A DNA stretch of 64,000 bases from Marsupella aquatica. Its lineage: Eukaryota; Plantae; Marchantiophyta. The position numbers and the translations under genes were made by a program. The stretch lies in assembly GCA_973895155.1 (NCBI GenBank), contig OZ316897.1, positions 1,925,312 through 1,989,311 of the forward strand, given 5' to 3'. Below are positions 11,637-22,946 of the stretch, in pieces (position 1 is the stretch's first letter; each line of letters opens with the position of its first letter). The notes under the pieces are model-generated. The model was given only the letters and a program-made list of their open reading frames with translations, was not told where the DNA came from and searched no databases.

Positions 11637-14600
11637 CTACTTGTGATGCAATTGCAAAACCTGCAATACGTCACGGTGTCTAGAGAAACTCTCCAAAGGA
11701 ATCACTTTGGTAAATGCGTCAGCCGGGTTGAGTTTACCATCAATCTTGACTAGCTCAAACAAATTATCAGACACAGCCTGCCTGATAAAATGGTACCTGA
11801 CGTCAATGTGCTTCACTCTACTGTCCATCACCTGGTTCACAGCAAGGTGGAGCGCACTTTGACTATCACAATGGAGCTTCACATTCCCCTGTGGCAATCC
11901 CATTTCAGTGATAAGTCTATCCAACCAAATCGCTTCCTTTGCTGCTTCTGCAGCTGCAACATACTCCGCTTCTGTAGTAGACTGAGCAATACACTTCTGC
12001 AAAGTAGACCTCCAACTTATGCATCCACCGCCAAGTGTGAACACGTATCCTGTTGTTGATCTCCTTCGGTCCAAATCTTGTCCATAGTCAGAATCTACAT
12101 AGCCAATCAATGATCTAGCATTCTTTGCATTCGCATCAAATAAAAGACCATGATCCACGGTACCCTTCAAGTACCTGATAATCCACTTCACTGCTTCCCA
12201 GTGTACCTTCCCTGGATTCGACATGTACCTGCTCACCTTGCCCATAGCCATGGCAAGATCAGGTCTAGTGCAAGTCATCAAATACATGAGACTCCCCACT
12301 GCCTTGTCATATGGAACCTTTGACATCAACCCCTTCTCTGTGTCATCCGTAGGACAGAACGCTGATGATAACTTGAAGTGTGGAGCCAACGGGGTACTTA
12401 CTGGCTTGCTATTCTCCATGTTGAACCTTGCAATTACCTTCCTCGCATAACTGCTCTGCGTCAACCATAGCTTGCCAGCCTCCAAGTCCCTAGTGATCTC
12501 CATACCCAAAATCCTCTTAGCTGGCCCTAAGTCCTTCATCTTAAACTCTGCACTAAGCAGTGCCTTGAGCTTAACAATCTCAGACCTATCCTTGGCTGCA
12601 ATTAGCATGTCATCCACATAAAGTACTAAAACAATGAACCCAAAGACAACATTCTTCACCGGTTTCAAATACACACAAGGGTCAAATACACTTCTGTGAA
12701 AACCTTGTGACCGAATCCAATCGTCAAACCGCTTGTTCCACTGTCTTGGTGACTGCTTCAACCCATACAAGGATTTCAGCAATCTGCAAACCAATTCCTC
12801 CTGTCCTCTCTTCACAAAACCTAGCGGTTGTCTCATGAAGATCACCTCTTCCAATGTGCCATAGAGGAAAGCTGTGACAACATCCATCTGATCTAGGAGC
12901 AGACCAAACATTACAACAAGTACACACAATAGTCGTATTGTAGAGTACTTAGCAACTGGTGAGAAGACCTCATTGTAATCCACACCTTTCTCTTGTGTGA
13001 ATCCCTTTGCTACCAATCTAGCCTTGTAGACCTTCGATCCACCTCCTATGGAATTATCCTTCAGCTTGTAAATCCACTTGCTGTCCACCACTTGCTGACC
13101 CTTAGGCAGCTTAACAAGCTCCCAAGTTTTGTTGTCCTTTAGTGACTGCATCTCCGTTTGCATTGCTGCAGTCCACTTCTGCTTCTCTTTTGAAGCACTT
13201 GCCTCATGAAATGAAGAAGGTTCTCCTTCTTCCAAAATTAACGCATCACCCTCATCATCAGCTGTAAAATCATCCTCTTGCAGTTGAGATGAATCAACCC
13301 ACTGTCCATACCTTGATGGAGCGTGTACAGTGCGACCAGATGTTCTTCTAGTCGATGACTCCGATTGATCTGCGTGTGCTGGTACAATTTGAAGCTCAAC
13401 AGCATCCACTTGTTGCTCACCAGCATCAACAAACTCCTCTGGTTCCTCTGGCATAGGAACCAGCTCCATAATTGGAGCAACTCCTTCTCTCCGGTCATGC
13501 ATCTCATAACCAATCTCCCCCTCAACGAGATCCGGGATAGGAGATTTTCCTTTGTCAGTACGGGAGACCTGAGTATTCTCCCCCTCCTTCAATAATCTGG
13601 ATTCATTGAAGGAAACATCCCTACTGACAACGAGCTTACAGGCAATAGGATCCCATAGCCTATAGGCTTTCACACCACTCTGGTACCCAAGAAAAACACA
13701 TTTCCTGGAGGTAGGATCCAACTTGGTCCTATTCTGCTTTGGTGTGAGAGCATATGCATCACTTCCAAAAATTACCAAGCCATGATAGTCTGCTTGCCGC
13801 TTATAGCGCATCTCAAACGGCGTTTTGAAATTGATAGCACTAGAAGGAGAAAGATTTACCAAATAAGCTGCGGTATTGACAGCTTCTGCCCAAAATTCTT
13901 GTGGTAAACCTGATTGGCTCAACATACTCCGTGACCGCTCCAACAGTGTCCGATTGAGCCTCTCAGCAACACCATTCTGCTGCGGAGTATAAACTGTGGT
14001 GAGATGGCGAGTTATCCCCTGTTCTGAACAGTACTCTTCAAATTCCATTGAAGTGTACTCCCCGCCGTTGTCTGACCTCAGACTCTTCACCCTTGTATCC
14101 AAACACTTGATCGTGTTTCCAGTCTGATTCTCCACCTGGGCCTTCCACTTCTTAAAAATGGACAAGACATCAGACTTATGCGTCATGAAATAAATCCACA
14201 CAAATCTTGAGTAATCATCAATAAATGATACATAGTACAACTTTCCAGAGTGTGAGGGAGTCGGGGATGGACCCCACACGTCACTATGTATGTACTCAAG
14301 AACCGCTTTGGAACGATGAGTTCCAACACCAAAAGCACGACGATGCTGCTTTCCAAGAATGCAATGCTCACAAAACTCTAATTTACAAGATTGCAAATCA
14401 GAAATGAGTCCATTCTTCCGTAAGATAGCCAAACCCTTCTCACTCATGTGGCCTAGCCGTGAATGCCACAGTTGAGTCATCTCCTCGTGAGACTTGGTTA
14501 CATTGGCCTCTCCACATACAGTATTGCCCTGTAACACATACAAATTCTTTTGTCTACTCCCCTTCAAAATCACTGTCTCTCCCGACCTGACTTGAAGTTC

Positions 14601-14909
14601 ACCATCAATAACGCTCCATTGATGACCATTTGAATCCAACACACCGAGTGAAATCAGATTCTTACGCATGCCAGGTACATACCTGACTCCGGACACTATG
14701 CGCACAGCGCCATCAAACATTTGAATCTTCACAGACCCAATTCCCTCAATTTGACAGGAGTGATCATTTCCCATCAGAACTGAACCGTTTGAAACAGAGT
14801 AAGAACTGAAAAACTCACGAATGTAACAAATATGAAAAGAGCAAGCACAATCAAGAATCCACACATCATCTGCTCTCCTAGATGACGTGCACAGGGCATA
14901 CCCCCGGCT
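11637..14909 (-). CDS. pol: Copia pol polyprotein (protease, GAG-pre-integrase, integrase, RT, RNase H)
   Basis: WILDCACSFH (PR); WHSRLGH..CEHC and HSDVWGP/SDNGGEY/QQNGVAER (INT); YKARLVAKG, LYGLKQ, YVDDML (RT); YVDSD..STTEAEY..CDSQSA..KHIDVRYH (RH). Frame is open from directly after the gag TGA. Confidence 0.96.
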   Translation of the reverse strand, partial: SRGYALCTSSRRADDVWILDCACSFHICYIREFFSSYSVSNGSVLMGNDHSCQIEGIGSVKIQMFDGAVRIVSGVRYVPGMRKNLISLGVLDSNGHQWSVIDGELQVRSGETVILKGSRQKNLYVLQGNTVCGEANVTKSHEEMTQLWHSRLGHMSEKGLAILRKNGLISDLQSCKLEFCEHCILGKQHRRAFGVGTHRSKAVLEYIHSDVWGPSPTPSHSGKLYYVSFIDDYSRFVWIYFMTHKSDVLSIFKKWKAQVENQTGNTIKCLDTRVKSLRSDNGGEYTSMEFEEYCSEQGITRHLTTVYTPQQNGVAERLNRTLLERSRSMLSQSGLPQEFWAEAVNTAAYLVNLSPSSAINFKTPFEMRYKRQADYHGLVIFGSDAYALTPKQNRTKLDPTSRKCVFLGYQSGVKAYRLWDPIACKLVVSRDVSFNESRLLKEGENTQVSRTDKGKSPIPDLVEGEIGYEMHDRREGVAPIMELVPMPEEPEEFVDAGEQQVDAVELQIVPAHADQSESSTRRTSGRTVHAPSRYGQWVDSSQLQEDDFTADDEGDALILEEGEPSSFHEASASKEKQKWTAAMQTEMQSLKDNKTWELVKLPKGQQVVDSKWIYKLKDNSIGGGSKVYKARLVAKGFTQEKGVDYNEVFSPVAKYSTIRLLCVLVVMFGLLLDQMDVVTAFLYGTLEEVIFMRQPLGFVKRGQEELVCRLLKSLYGLKQSPRQWNKRFDDWIRSQGFHRSVFDPCVYLKPVKNVVFGFIVLVLYVDDMLIAAKDRSEIVKLKALLSAEFKMKDLGPAKRILGMEITRDLEAGKLWLTQSSYARKVIARFNMENSKPVSTPLAPHFKLSSAFCPTDDTEKGLMSKVPYDKAVGSLMYLMTCTRPDLAMAMGKVSRYMSNPGKVHWEAVKWIIRYLKGTVDHGLLFDANAKNARSLIGYVDSDYGQDLDRRRSTTGYVFTLGGGCISWRSTLQKCIAQSTTEAEYVAAAEAAKEAIWLDRLITEMGLPQGNVKLHCDSQSALHLAVNQVMDSRVKHIDVRYHFIRQAVSDNLFELVKIDGKLNPADAFTKVIPLESFSRHRDVLQVLQLHHK

Positions 14910-15944
14910 TCATAAAACATACTCATCATTGAGTAAATCAGCTTCTCCATCAGCCCTAGCCACATTTGCCGATGAAGTTTCCGCTGCCTTTCCCTTACAG
15001 TCTCGCTTGAAGTGTCCAACTTGGTTGCACTTCCAACATGTCACCTGCCTCCTCTGAGGGGATTTACCCTTGGACTTAGATCTGGATTTAGATCTAAACT
15101 GGGTTCTACGGTCCCCAGTTGGTCGCTGCATACTCCTCCCACGGTTAACATTGAGGGCAGCACCAGATGATGAAGGCTGTGACGTGATGTGCATCTTCTG
15201 CTGAAGATCATCACTAAGCAGAGAACTTACCACGTCATTGTATGAAATGGTATCCCTATCACGATGCAACAACACTCGTGATAGGGACTGGTAAGATGGA
15301 GGCAATGAACTAAGAAGCTGCAGAGCCTTCGTCTCATCATTCAAAGTCTCCCCAAGGTTTTCCAAGTCAACGACCATGTTGTTGAAAGCATCCACATGGT
15401 CTTGCAACTTCGTACCAGATTCCTTCATCCTGAAACTCATCAGTTTGTAGGAAGTGTAGAGCCGGTTCGACAACTCCTTGCGGTGATACTTGCTCTGCAA
15501 TTCCGCAAACAAGGACATGCAATCCTTATGTGCACCTAACTGCTTGATGATGGGAGGCATGAGATAGAGTGTAACACACCACACTCCCTGCTCCTGCATG
15601 CGGTCCCATTGTTTCTCATCAACATCGTCTTCACGAGGGCTCAGCAGTTGGCCCATCCCTGACGCATAAAGCACTCCCTTCACTTGCTTCTCCCATAGCA
15701 AGTAGTCAGAGCGCCCATCATACTTTGTCACTTCATACTTGGGTCCCCCAAGCTTGAAAGTCCCCATCTTCTTCTTTACCGTGAGCTCCGGTAGTAGTAC
15801 TGCTTCCTCCACCACACGCCGCACCAGTGATGGTATCGGTGTCACGTGCTCTTCCTCCTGCTCCTCTCTCTGCCCCTGAAACCTCCGCGGTGATCCTCGT
15901 GCTTCAAGTTCCACGTCTTCGAAAAACTCCTCCGAATCACTCAT
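14910..15944 (-). CDS. gag: Copia gag
   Basis: KYDGRSDYLLWEKQV, UBN2-like core (LQDHVDAFNNMVVDL..LLSSLPPSY), CCHC knuckle CWKCNQVGHFKRDC. Confidence 0.95.
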   Translation of the reverse strand: MSDSEEFFEDVELEARGSPRRFQGQREEQEEEHVTPIPSLVRRVVEEAVLLPELTVKKKMGTFKLGGPKYEVTKYDGRSDYLLWEKQVKGVLYASGMGQLLSPREDDVDEKQWDRMQEQGVWCVTLYLMPPIIKQLGAHKDCMSLFAELQSKYHRKELSNRLYTSYKLMSFRMKESGTKLQDHVDAFNNMVVDLENLGETLNDETKALQLLSSLPPSYQSLSRVLLHRDRDTISYNDVVSSLLSDDLQQKMHITSQPSSSGAALNVNRGRSMQRPTGDRRTQFRSKSRSKSKGKSPQRRQVTCWKCNQVGHFKRDCKGKAAETSSANVARADGEADLLNDEYVL

Positions 15945-16446
15945 ATGAGAAAGTCACAAAAAAAGTTGTTTTTCACAACTTCTCAAAAAACTCAAAACTC
16001 AACACCGCCGCGTAGCCCACAAAGCTAGGAGTCCAATACTTGTCAACAACGAATGTTGATCAACTGCACTTGGTGCCGTCACCAAGTCCAACAAGGTAAT
16101 TGATTTTGCTTAGCCTTCCTCTTTGCATCAAAGAGCCAATCCCGGACTCAAAAACAATCGTCTTGCCTCAATCTCTCCATTGAGTCAAAACACTTGACGC
16201 TTCTCCCTCCGAGTCGATTGCCAACTTTCTTCACAAAATCCAGAACGACGAAAACTTAGATCTCTCTGCACCACGAGCTCCGTTCAACGATTTCTTCACA
16301 CCGTTAGAAAGCTCTTGCCCTGATCTATCCGTTGAGCCCATAAACTCCAAGTTCCATGCGATGGAACTCTGGAAAATCCACCAACACTCAACGCTGGAAA
16401 AACCGTCATGAAATCCCGTCACGAACACACGTCACCTCCCAAGCAT

Positions 16447-16458
16447 GCTCTGATACCA
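16447..16458 (-). other. Primer binding site complementary to tRNA-iMet 3' end
   Basis: Minus strand TGGTATCAGAGC, 2 nt after the 5' LTR. Confidence 0.95.
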
Positions 16459-16460
16459 AT

Positions 16461-16935
16461 TGTTGAGCATAGACGACGATCGCAACGGCAAGCCCATGAA
16501 CCATCCAACGCACAATAGTCGACACAAGAGATACGTGGTTCACCTCCTTGAGGCTACGTCCACGGGAACACACAAGAGAACTTTACTGAACTCTAAGCCC
16601 GTCGGCTATACCGAGTCTCCACAGTGTAAGCTCTCCCTATCTCTCAAGTGGCTCCATAACAATGAGCCTTGGTTCTACCTCTCCAAGCACACATGCCTCT
16701 TATGATATAGTGTGCAACTTAGTTGTACCTAACCACATAGTTGTACCTAACCACATAGTTGTACCTAATCACGTAGTTGTACCTAACCACATAGTTGTAC
16801 CTAATCACGTAGTTGTACCTAACCACATAGTTGTACCTAATCACATAGTTGTACCTAACCACGTAGTTGTACCAACCCACGTTGTTGTACCAACCACGTC
16901 ATACCTAACCTAGACGTAAGAGTAAATACCCAACA
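16461..16935 (-). repeat. 5' LTR of Copia element
   Basis: Identical to 10971-11445; adjacent to the PBS. Confidence 0.97.
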
Positions 16936-16940
16936 GCTTT

Positions 16941-17793
16941 CACCCTTTCCAGCATCCTCACTGAGGCACCTGACACGGACCGAACTCGGATTCTTTCTTC
17001 CGGAGGGAAGGGCGCAGGAGGCTGGCTTCAGGCCAATCCAGTCATTCCTCACCTGCGGATGTCTTCAGCGGAGTTTGCGACAGCCATGCGTCTTCGTATG
17101 GGCTTGCCCCACCCACTTCTTGCTGGTTTCCCTCCTACTTGCACTTGTGGGAAGCCTTGTGATGCCACAGGTGTCCATCTTCTTCGATGCAGTTTGGGCG
17201 GCGAAACCATTTTTGTTCACGACGCTGTGAGAGATGCGACTGCTCAGGTTCTCTCTGGCTCTTTGGTCTGCGTGCGGCGGGAGGTGGTGCTCGAGTTACC
17301 TGGTCCTCCATCACAGCGGTTACGGGTGGATCTTACCATGGTCCGTGACGGTCACCGTACTTTGGCAGATGTAGTGGTGGCAAACCCATTGCGCCAAGAC
17401 ATCATTGGGACAGCGGCAACAACGGCAGGGGCAGCAGCATCACGAGCAGCAACAACGAAGGAGGCCAAATATGCTGCACGAGCTTCATCTGATAGCTTCC
17501 TGCCCCTTGCTCTTGAGATATTTGGGCGTCTCCATCATCAGTTCGACGGGCTTCTTCGCCAAGCTGCTCGGGATGTTCACGGCCGGATGGGTCCCACCGG
17601 GCCCCCGCTATCTGTTTTGACCACGCACTTTTGCCAACGCATTTCAGTCACCTTACAGCGTGCTCAAGCTCGGGCCGTCTATTGTCGATCTCTGACAGTG
17701 GGTGCTAGTGTGACTCCGCAGCGGCTAGCCCCCCTAGAGGACATTCCTGTCCCACTTGCCGATCTAGTTTCGACACTTGATGTAGACCACTAG
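16941..17793 (+). pseudogene. CRE-like element ORF, 3' part (zinc knuckle + REL endonuclease)
   Basis: Removing the Copia element and one TSD joins ..GRMHAF to TLSSILTEAPDTDRTRILSSGGKGAGGWLQANP..LRMSSAEF in frame with ORF 17059-17793. Confidence 0.85.
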
Positions 17794-19704
17794 CTTGTTG
17801 CCACATTTGCTAGGTATGATGAGGACCTCGGTCCATTTGCGGTAGTTTTAGTTCCTCTTTCTTGGTTTTTAGGGGTTTCCTTTTGCTCACTTCTTTTAGT
17901 TCCTCTTTCTTGGTTTTTAGGGTTTTCTTTTGCTCACTTCTTTTTCGTTTGGTTTTGTCCACTTGGGACCTCTCTTGTTTATTCTTTTGTACTCTATTTG
18001 GCCTTTTTCTGTAAAAAGTATGTGTATACTTTTTTATTCTTATTTTCGGATGTTCGGTATTCTCTGAACGTTTTCTCGCAAATGGCATACACCGTATTTT
18101 CGGATGTTCTGTCTAGTATTCATTAATTAAGTGATTATGACCACAAAGCTTTGGCGACGGGCGTGGTTCGGTGGTTATGTCCACAACGGAAAGAGACGAG
18201 GAGAGACTGGACGGAAAGAGAAGAGAAGAGAAGAGAAGAGAAGAGGGACGGGACAGGCAGAAGGAGGTAAGGCGGGGGCGGTGGGTGGATTAGGGGGGGG
18301 CGGAGGGGGCGCGTACTCTTACTCCTGTAGGGGGGCGGACGAAGGGAATGAGTCAGGGCGTGGAGATCGTCGTCGACGAGATGCGGAGGCGACGAGACCA
18401 CAGACAGAGCGAGACAGAGCGAGACAGAGCCAGGACCAGAGGACGGAGAGCAGGGGCAGAGGCAGAGGAGAGGAGAGGAGAACAGAGGAGAGCAGGACGA
18501 GGTGAGAGATCGTTGTCCCACGTCTTGTTTCGGGAAATCGAGGATTGGCATTTTGTCTGGAAGGTATCGCGAGAGCACCCCGAGCATGGACTCCTCCGCT
18601 GATGCTGCTGAAGCTGTCCGCGGTGCCCCTTGTCTGCTGCTGCGGCTGCTGCCATCATCATTGTCTCGTTTGATTCCCTCCCTCGTGCGTCCTCGGATTG
18701 CTGCCCCGCACTGGCGCAAAGCTTGAATGCCGGATTGCCGTGCTCTCGCTGCATTCAAAATCTCTCCGCCTCGCTCACTTTGGTGAAATCTAATTCTGAG
18801 CTCCTCGTGTGAGCGAAGAGGAGAGAGGGAGGGGTGGGGAAGAAGACGACGCTGCGAGGCGGATTTGGGTCGTGAGGCGTCTGTGATTTGGGTGGGTCGG
18901 ACATTGGAGCAACCGCCATTGGTGTGCGCTGCGTCCCGCTTTTGGGTTTCTCGCTCACTTGTGTGCATTGCACGGAGGCTGGTGGCGGTGGTTGTGTGGT
19001 GGTCGTCCACCTCTGCGCGCATCCGTTTCTCTTGCTTTTCTTGCGACGCGTGGAGAGTGGTCCATCGTATTTCCTTGCACTCTGCTCTGCGCAGTTGTGT
19101 ATGGTTTCTCTCCTTTGATCATCGTACCCATCATTCCACCGATTATTGCGTAGTGTGATTCCACCGGTTTTACCGATTGCTTTTGTGTGAGTCCGTCCCC
19201 TTCGGAATTGTTATGAGGAGCAGCAGTGCCTCCTCCACCTCCTCCTCCTCAGGCGTCGGTTTTCCTCCCGGGTGAGAAGAGAGACCGAACCAACGGACGA
19301 CGTCATCTACATTGTCATGTTGAGTTATCTATCGCTCGATCTTTGTCAACGAAAGAAAGGGGAAGTTGCCAAGTGGTCAGATTTTTAGAGCGAAGGAGCT
19401 GAAGAGAGGGAGAGCATTGCGGCATTGTGTTCTTAATCGTCAGGGCAAACTCTTTCTAGGCTCCTTAAACGCTGAGGCTGCGGAGCAGTCAACGTGGACG
19501 GTATTACTGAGATAGGGGTTTAGCCACAGTGAAGCAAACAGTCAGCAGCGAGAGTGGAAGGGCCCTTGCAGGTGGTGGTGGTTTGTGGATTTATGATTGT
19601 GTAGTCTTATATTCTGAAAATACACTTCCTTCAGAGAGGAGTAGACTGGACGTAGGACTGGTTGCGGACAGGCGGCCTAATCGCTGAACGATTCGTCGTC
19701 CGAG

Positions 19705-22700
19705 ATGTCAGGAGCAATTGCAACCTCGCTTCCCGTGACGAGGGGCCTCCAAGGTCATCGTGTCTCTTTCCCGAATTTCTCTCGCTCATCCAACAACAGG
19801 GGCCCAAGCAGAGTGTTCCTTCCTGTTACCGATGAAATTCGCTCCAGACACAATCCGGCAATCTCGACTGGATGGAATGTGGTGAAAAGTTCAAGTATTC
19901 TTGAAGACACGACTGCCGGTCGGGCTCCGTCGGCCTCTCCTACTCCGAAGTAAGTGCGTTTCTTGGAATCCTTGGGATTTCTACTTCTCCCAGAATTCTT
20001 TTTCTGCGAGGATGACACTACACGAAGGAAAATCAAAGTAGCAGGCAAGGCTTATGATTTATCCACCTGCTGCACGGGGTTTTTCCAGGGCATTGAAATG
20101 GCTTTCGTTCTTACCACAAGACGTGGAAGAATCTAAAGGCCAAAGGACCTCAATTGGATTGTGTGACCACAAAATTAAGATGATGCTTGGAGAGAATCAG
20201 AAGTTCCTTTTTGGAGGGAAGGGACCTGGCAAATATTCTACTGACTCAACTGTAGTTTTCTGGGAAGCGTGAATCCTTTCCACTGACTATAGTCCTTCCA
20301 TTGTAGTTACACTTATCGCAGGAATGAACTGAGCTGGGTGGTAGTCAACGTACACCTGTTGCATTCTTTGCCGTCGTTTGGTAAAATGTGTATTCGAAAG
20401 ACCCTAGTTTAGACTTTTCCGAGGGGCTTTGTGGGTGTGGCAGGATGATATTGACTGCCGTTGCAGTCAGTCTTGGTGTCAGTATTCTGCCAAAGATTGA
20501 ATTCTTTAAGAAGAGTGTCCCGGTGAAGTTTAGGGTCATTATGAAAGCCTAATTTGACGAGTTGGAGTTTGAATTCCGACTTGTTCGATGCAAATTAATG
20601 GGACATTGTTATGAAGGCTTTCAAAACTTGTTCCTGTGCTTGTTTGATCTGTGGCCTGATCAGGGAGTTAGTGGTATTTTTCCTCCAGGCGTGTTGGACG
20701 AGGATCCAAGCTGATTGGCAGTGGCTCAGCTGTCCCAAAGAAGGTGATAACAAATGATCAGTTGTCAGAGTTCGTAGAGACGTCTGATGAATGGATTCGC
20801 GTTCGGACTGGCATCCGAAATCGTCGCGTACTGTCAGGTGAGCTTCTCCAAATTCAGAAACAAACCGGATGGATCACTCATCCCTGAAGATTTTCTGTCG
20901 TGTGGGGTAATTCGTGCAAGTGTTATCAACAAATTCATACGAAGATGCAAGGTTTCCCAATCTGACGCTCGAATTCTTGACTGTAGAGGACGAGACTGTG
21001 ACGAGCTTGGCAGTTGAGTCATCGAAAAAGGCGCTGGAAATGGCAAAAGTGAATCCTGAAGATGTGGACTTAATACTATTGTGTACTTCCACTCCAGATG
21101 ACCTTTTTGGCAGTGCCCCAGAGGTACACTTTGTTCATCATTTTCAGATAAGAAAGTCGAGGGGATGTAGGTGTGTACGAGGAAGATGGTTGTTCGAAGG
21201 TCGATTAGTTTCCCAGGGGAATTGCTGACATGAAATTCATGTCTAGATTTTAGCTCTAATCTGGTCTATCTGACTGCCTACCTGCCCAGTCATCACCCAG
21301 ATGTCTTCTAGTCCCTGTCCTGAATTTTCAGGTTCTGACAGCAAGATTGCTCTTACTTTCAGGTGCAGAGAGAGCTGGGTTGTTCAAAGGCCTTGGCATT
21401 TGATTTGACAGCCGCTTGTAGCGGCTTCGTCTTAGGCCTCGTCACTGGAACCCGCTTCATCAGAGGTACGAGAGAGTGATTACTGGACATTCTTCTACTT
21501 CTAGTCTGGCTGGCAGTGTCCATCTTTGGCGTGCCGTAAGTGACAGGAATAACCAACCAAACACGCCTGTGATTACAGGAGGAGGCTTTAAGAATGTCTT
21601 GGTGATCGGTGCTGATGCTCTGTCTAGATATGTAGACTGGAGCGATAGAGGAACTTGTATTCTCTTTGGAGATGGAGCTGGTGCATTGGTCTTACAGGTA
21701 CAAGAATCGGAGCTGCTGTGTGTGATCTGAAATTAATATTTACCTGTAATACAGCATGTTTCTTGAACTTAGGGTTCCGCATTTGGTTATATTCCTTGGT
21801 CAGTTACGGCTGGACACTATATGCCTGTGGGGTTCATCATATCAGCCAGGATATTCAGTATCTTGTCTGATTGTGGCAGGCTTCTGATGACGACCAGGAC
21901 AGTTTACTCGGATTCGACTTGCACAGTGATGGGAATGGACAAAAGTAATTGCTCTCTTACTTCTGGACTCTTCCTGTGACTGTTGGAGTGAGTGAGGTGA
22001 TCGTTTAATTAAGAAAAAACTCTGGTTGTCCAAAGAACCTTTGTTTCGATCGTATCCGTTTCTAAACTGTTCTCATTCAGAGACTACTTTTTGGGAAGGG
22101 ACTAGCCAATATAGAGTGAGCAGATTGACCTCAGTGAGAATGCATCACCTCGAAAGCAAGTACTACCGGATTCAAGTGACGAGGGTTTGGCTCGAATGAC
22201 TTTAATTCTAATTCATCTGGTTTGACTAATTCTATTTGCAGGCATTTGAGTGTGCGTGTTCAATCTGAATCGCCAGCGCCCACCACAAACGGGGCAGCAA
22301 CCAATGGGCATTTAAAGCGGCCAGGAAAAGCATCTATCAATTGTCTCCAGATGAATGGGAAAGAAGTTTTCCGCTTTGCAGTAAAGTGTGTCCCACAGGT
22401 TGTGGAAGGTGCACTCGAAGAAGCAGGTCTTACCGGAGCAAATCTGGACTGGTTGCTCCTCCATCAGGTAATGTTCTGAGCACTTCACAATCGCTAGAGC
22501 GTCGGTTTGTAACACGTTGTCTTTGACTAATTGAATTATTAGGGGTTTGTCGCTGACCAACCGTAGCCGCGGCATTGTGGTTGAATTTTCTCCGAAGGGT
22601 TGTAGAGAATCACTAGCCAAGATTCTTGACTTAAAGTTTCCTCACTCGCGAAGCAAACTGATCAACTTTCAAGGGAGGCATGGATAGAATCATCGAAGCT

Positions 22701-22946
22701 GAATTATTGTCCACATGGTTGCAGGCAAATCAAAGGATATTGGATTCCGTTGCTGATCGCTTACAAATTCCAGCAGAGAGAGTGATAAGTAATCTGGCCA
22801 ATTATGGAAATACCAGTGCTGCTTCTATTCCCCTTGCCCTGGATGAAGCTGTTCGAAGTGGCAAAGTGCAACCAGGTCATATAGTAGGCACTGCTGGCTT
22901 TGGTGCGGGTCTCACCTGGGGCTCTGCTATAGTGAAGTGGGGTTGA
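19705..22946 (+). CDS. KASIII (fabH): Plastid 3-ketoacyl-ACP synthase III; 8 exons: 19705-19949, 20689-20837, 20987-21123, 21363-21465, 21579-21697, 21880-21944, 22242-22467, 22725-22946
   Basis: GT-AG introns join a continuous frame: Ser/Arg-rich transit peptide, [22 protein letters not shown] (catalytic Cys), [17 protein letters not shown] (His), GNTSAASIP (Asn), GFGAGLTWG. Confidence 0.96.

Larger units (their letters stand above)
10971..16935 (-). mobile_element. Full-length Ty1/Copia LTR retrotransposon (Tnt1/Tork-TAR-like), very recent insertion
   Basis: Two 475-bp LTRs, identical by eye, with TGTTG..CAACA ends. TSD GCTTT at 10966-10970 and 16936-16940. PBS and PPT present; gag-PR-INT-RT-RH order. 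Confidence 0.98.
10001..18040 (+). mobile_element. 5'-truncated CRE-like non-LTR retrotransposon (RT + restriction-like endonuclease), split by the Copia insertion
   Basis: RT motifs GTRQGDPLGG, SLSDDTHIIG and LPISLGGFGL at 10001-10970. C-terminal CxC..H..C zinc knuckle, HDAVRD, RVDL..DV, KEAKY and FLPLALEIFG (REL endonuclease) at 17059-17793. T-rich 3' region to about 18040. Confidence 0.82.

Noticed and set aside
14844-14856. Copia protease motif DCAC instead of DSG
   Set aside because: D(S/T)ACSFH variants are common in this Copia lineage; not enough to call the enzyme inactive or novel.
18131-19164. Several overlapping ORFs up to 295 aa
   Set aside because: Low-complexity GA/GC-rich sequence with no recognisable domain; more likely promoter/5' UTR of KASIII.
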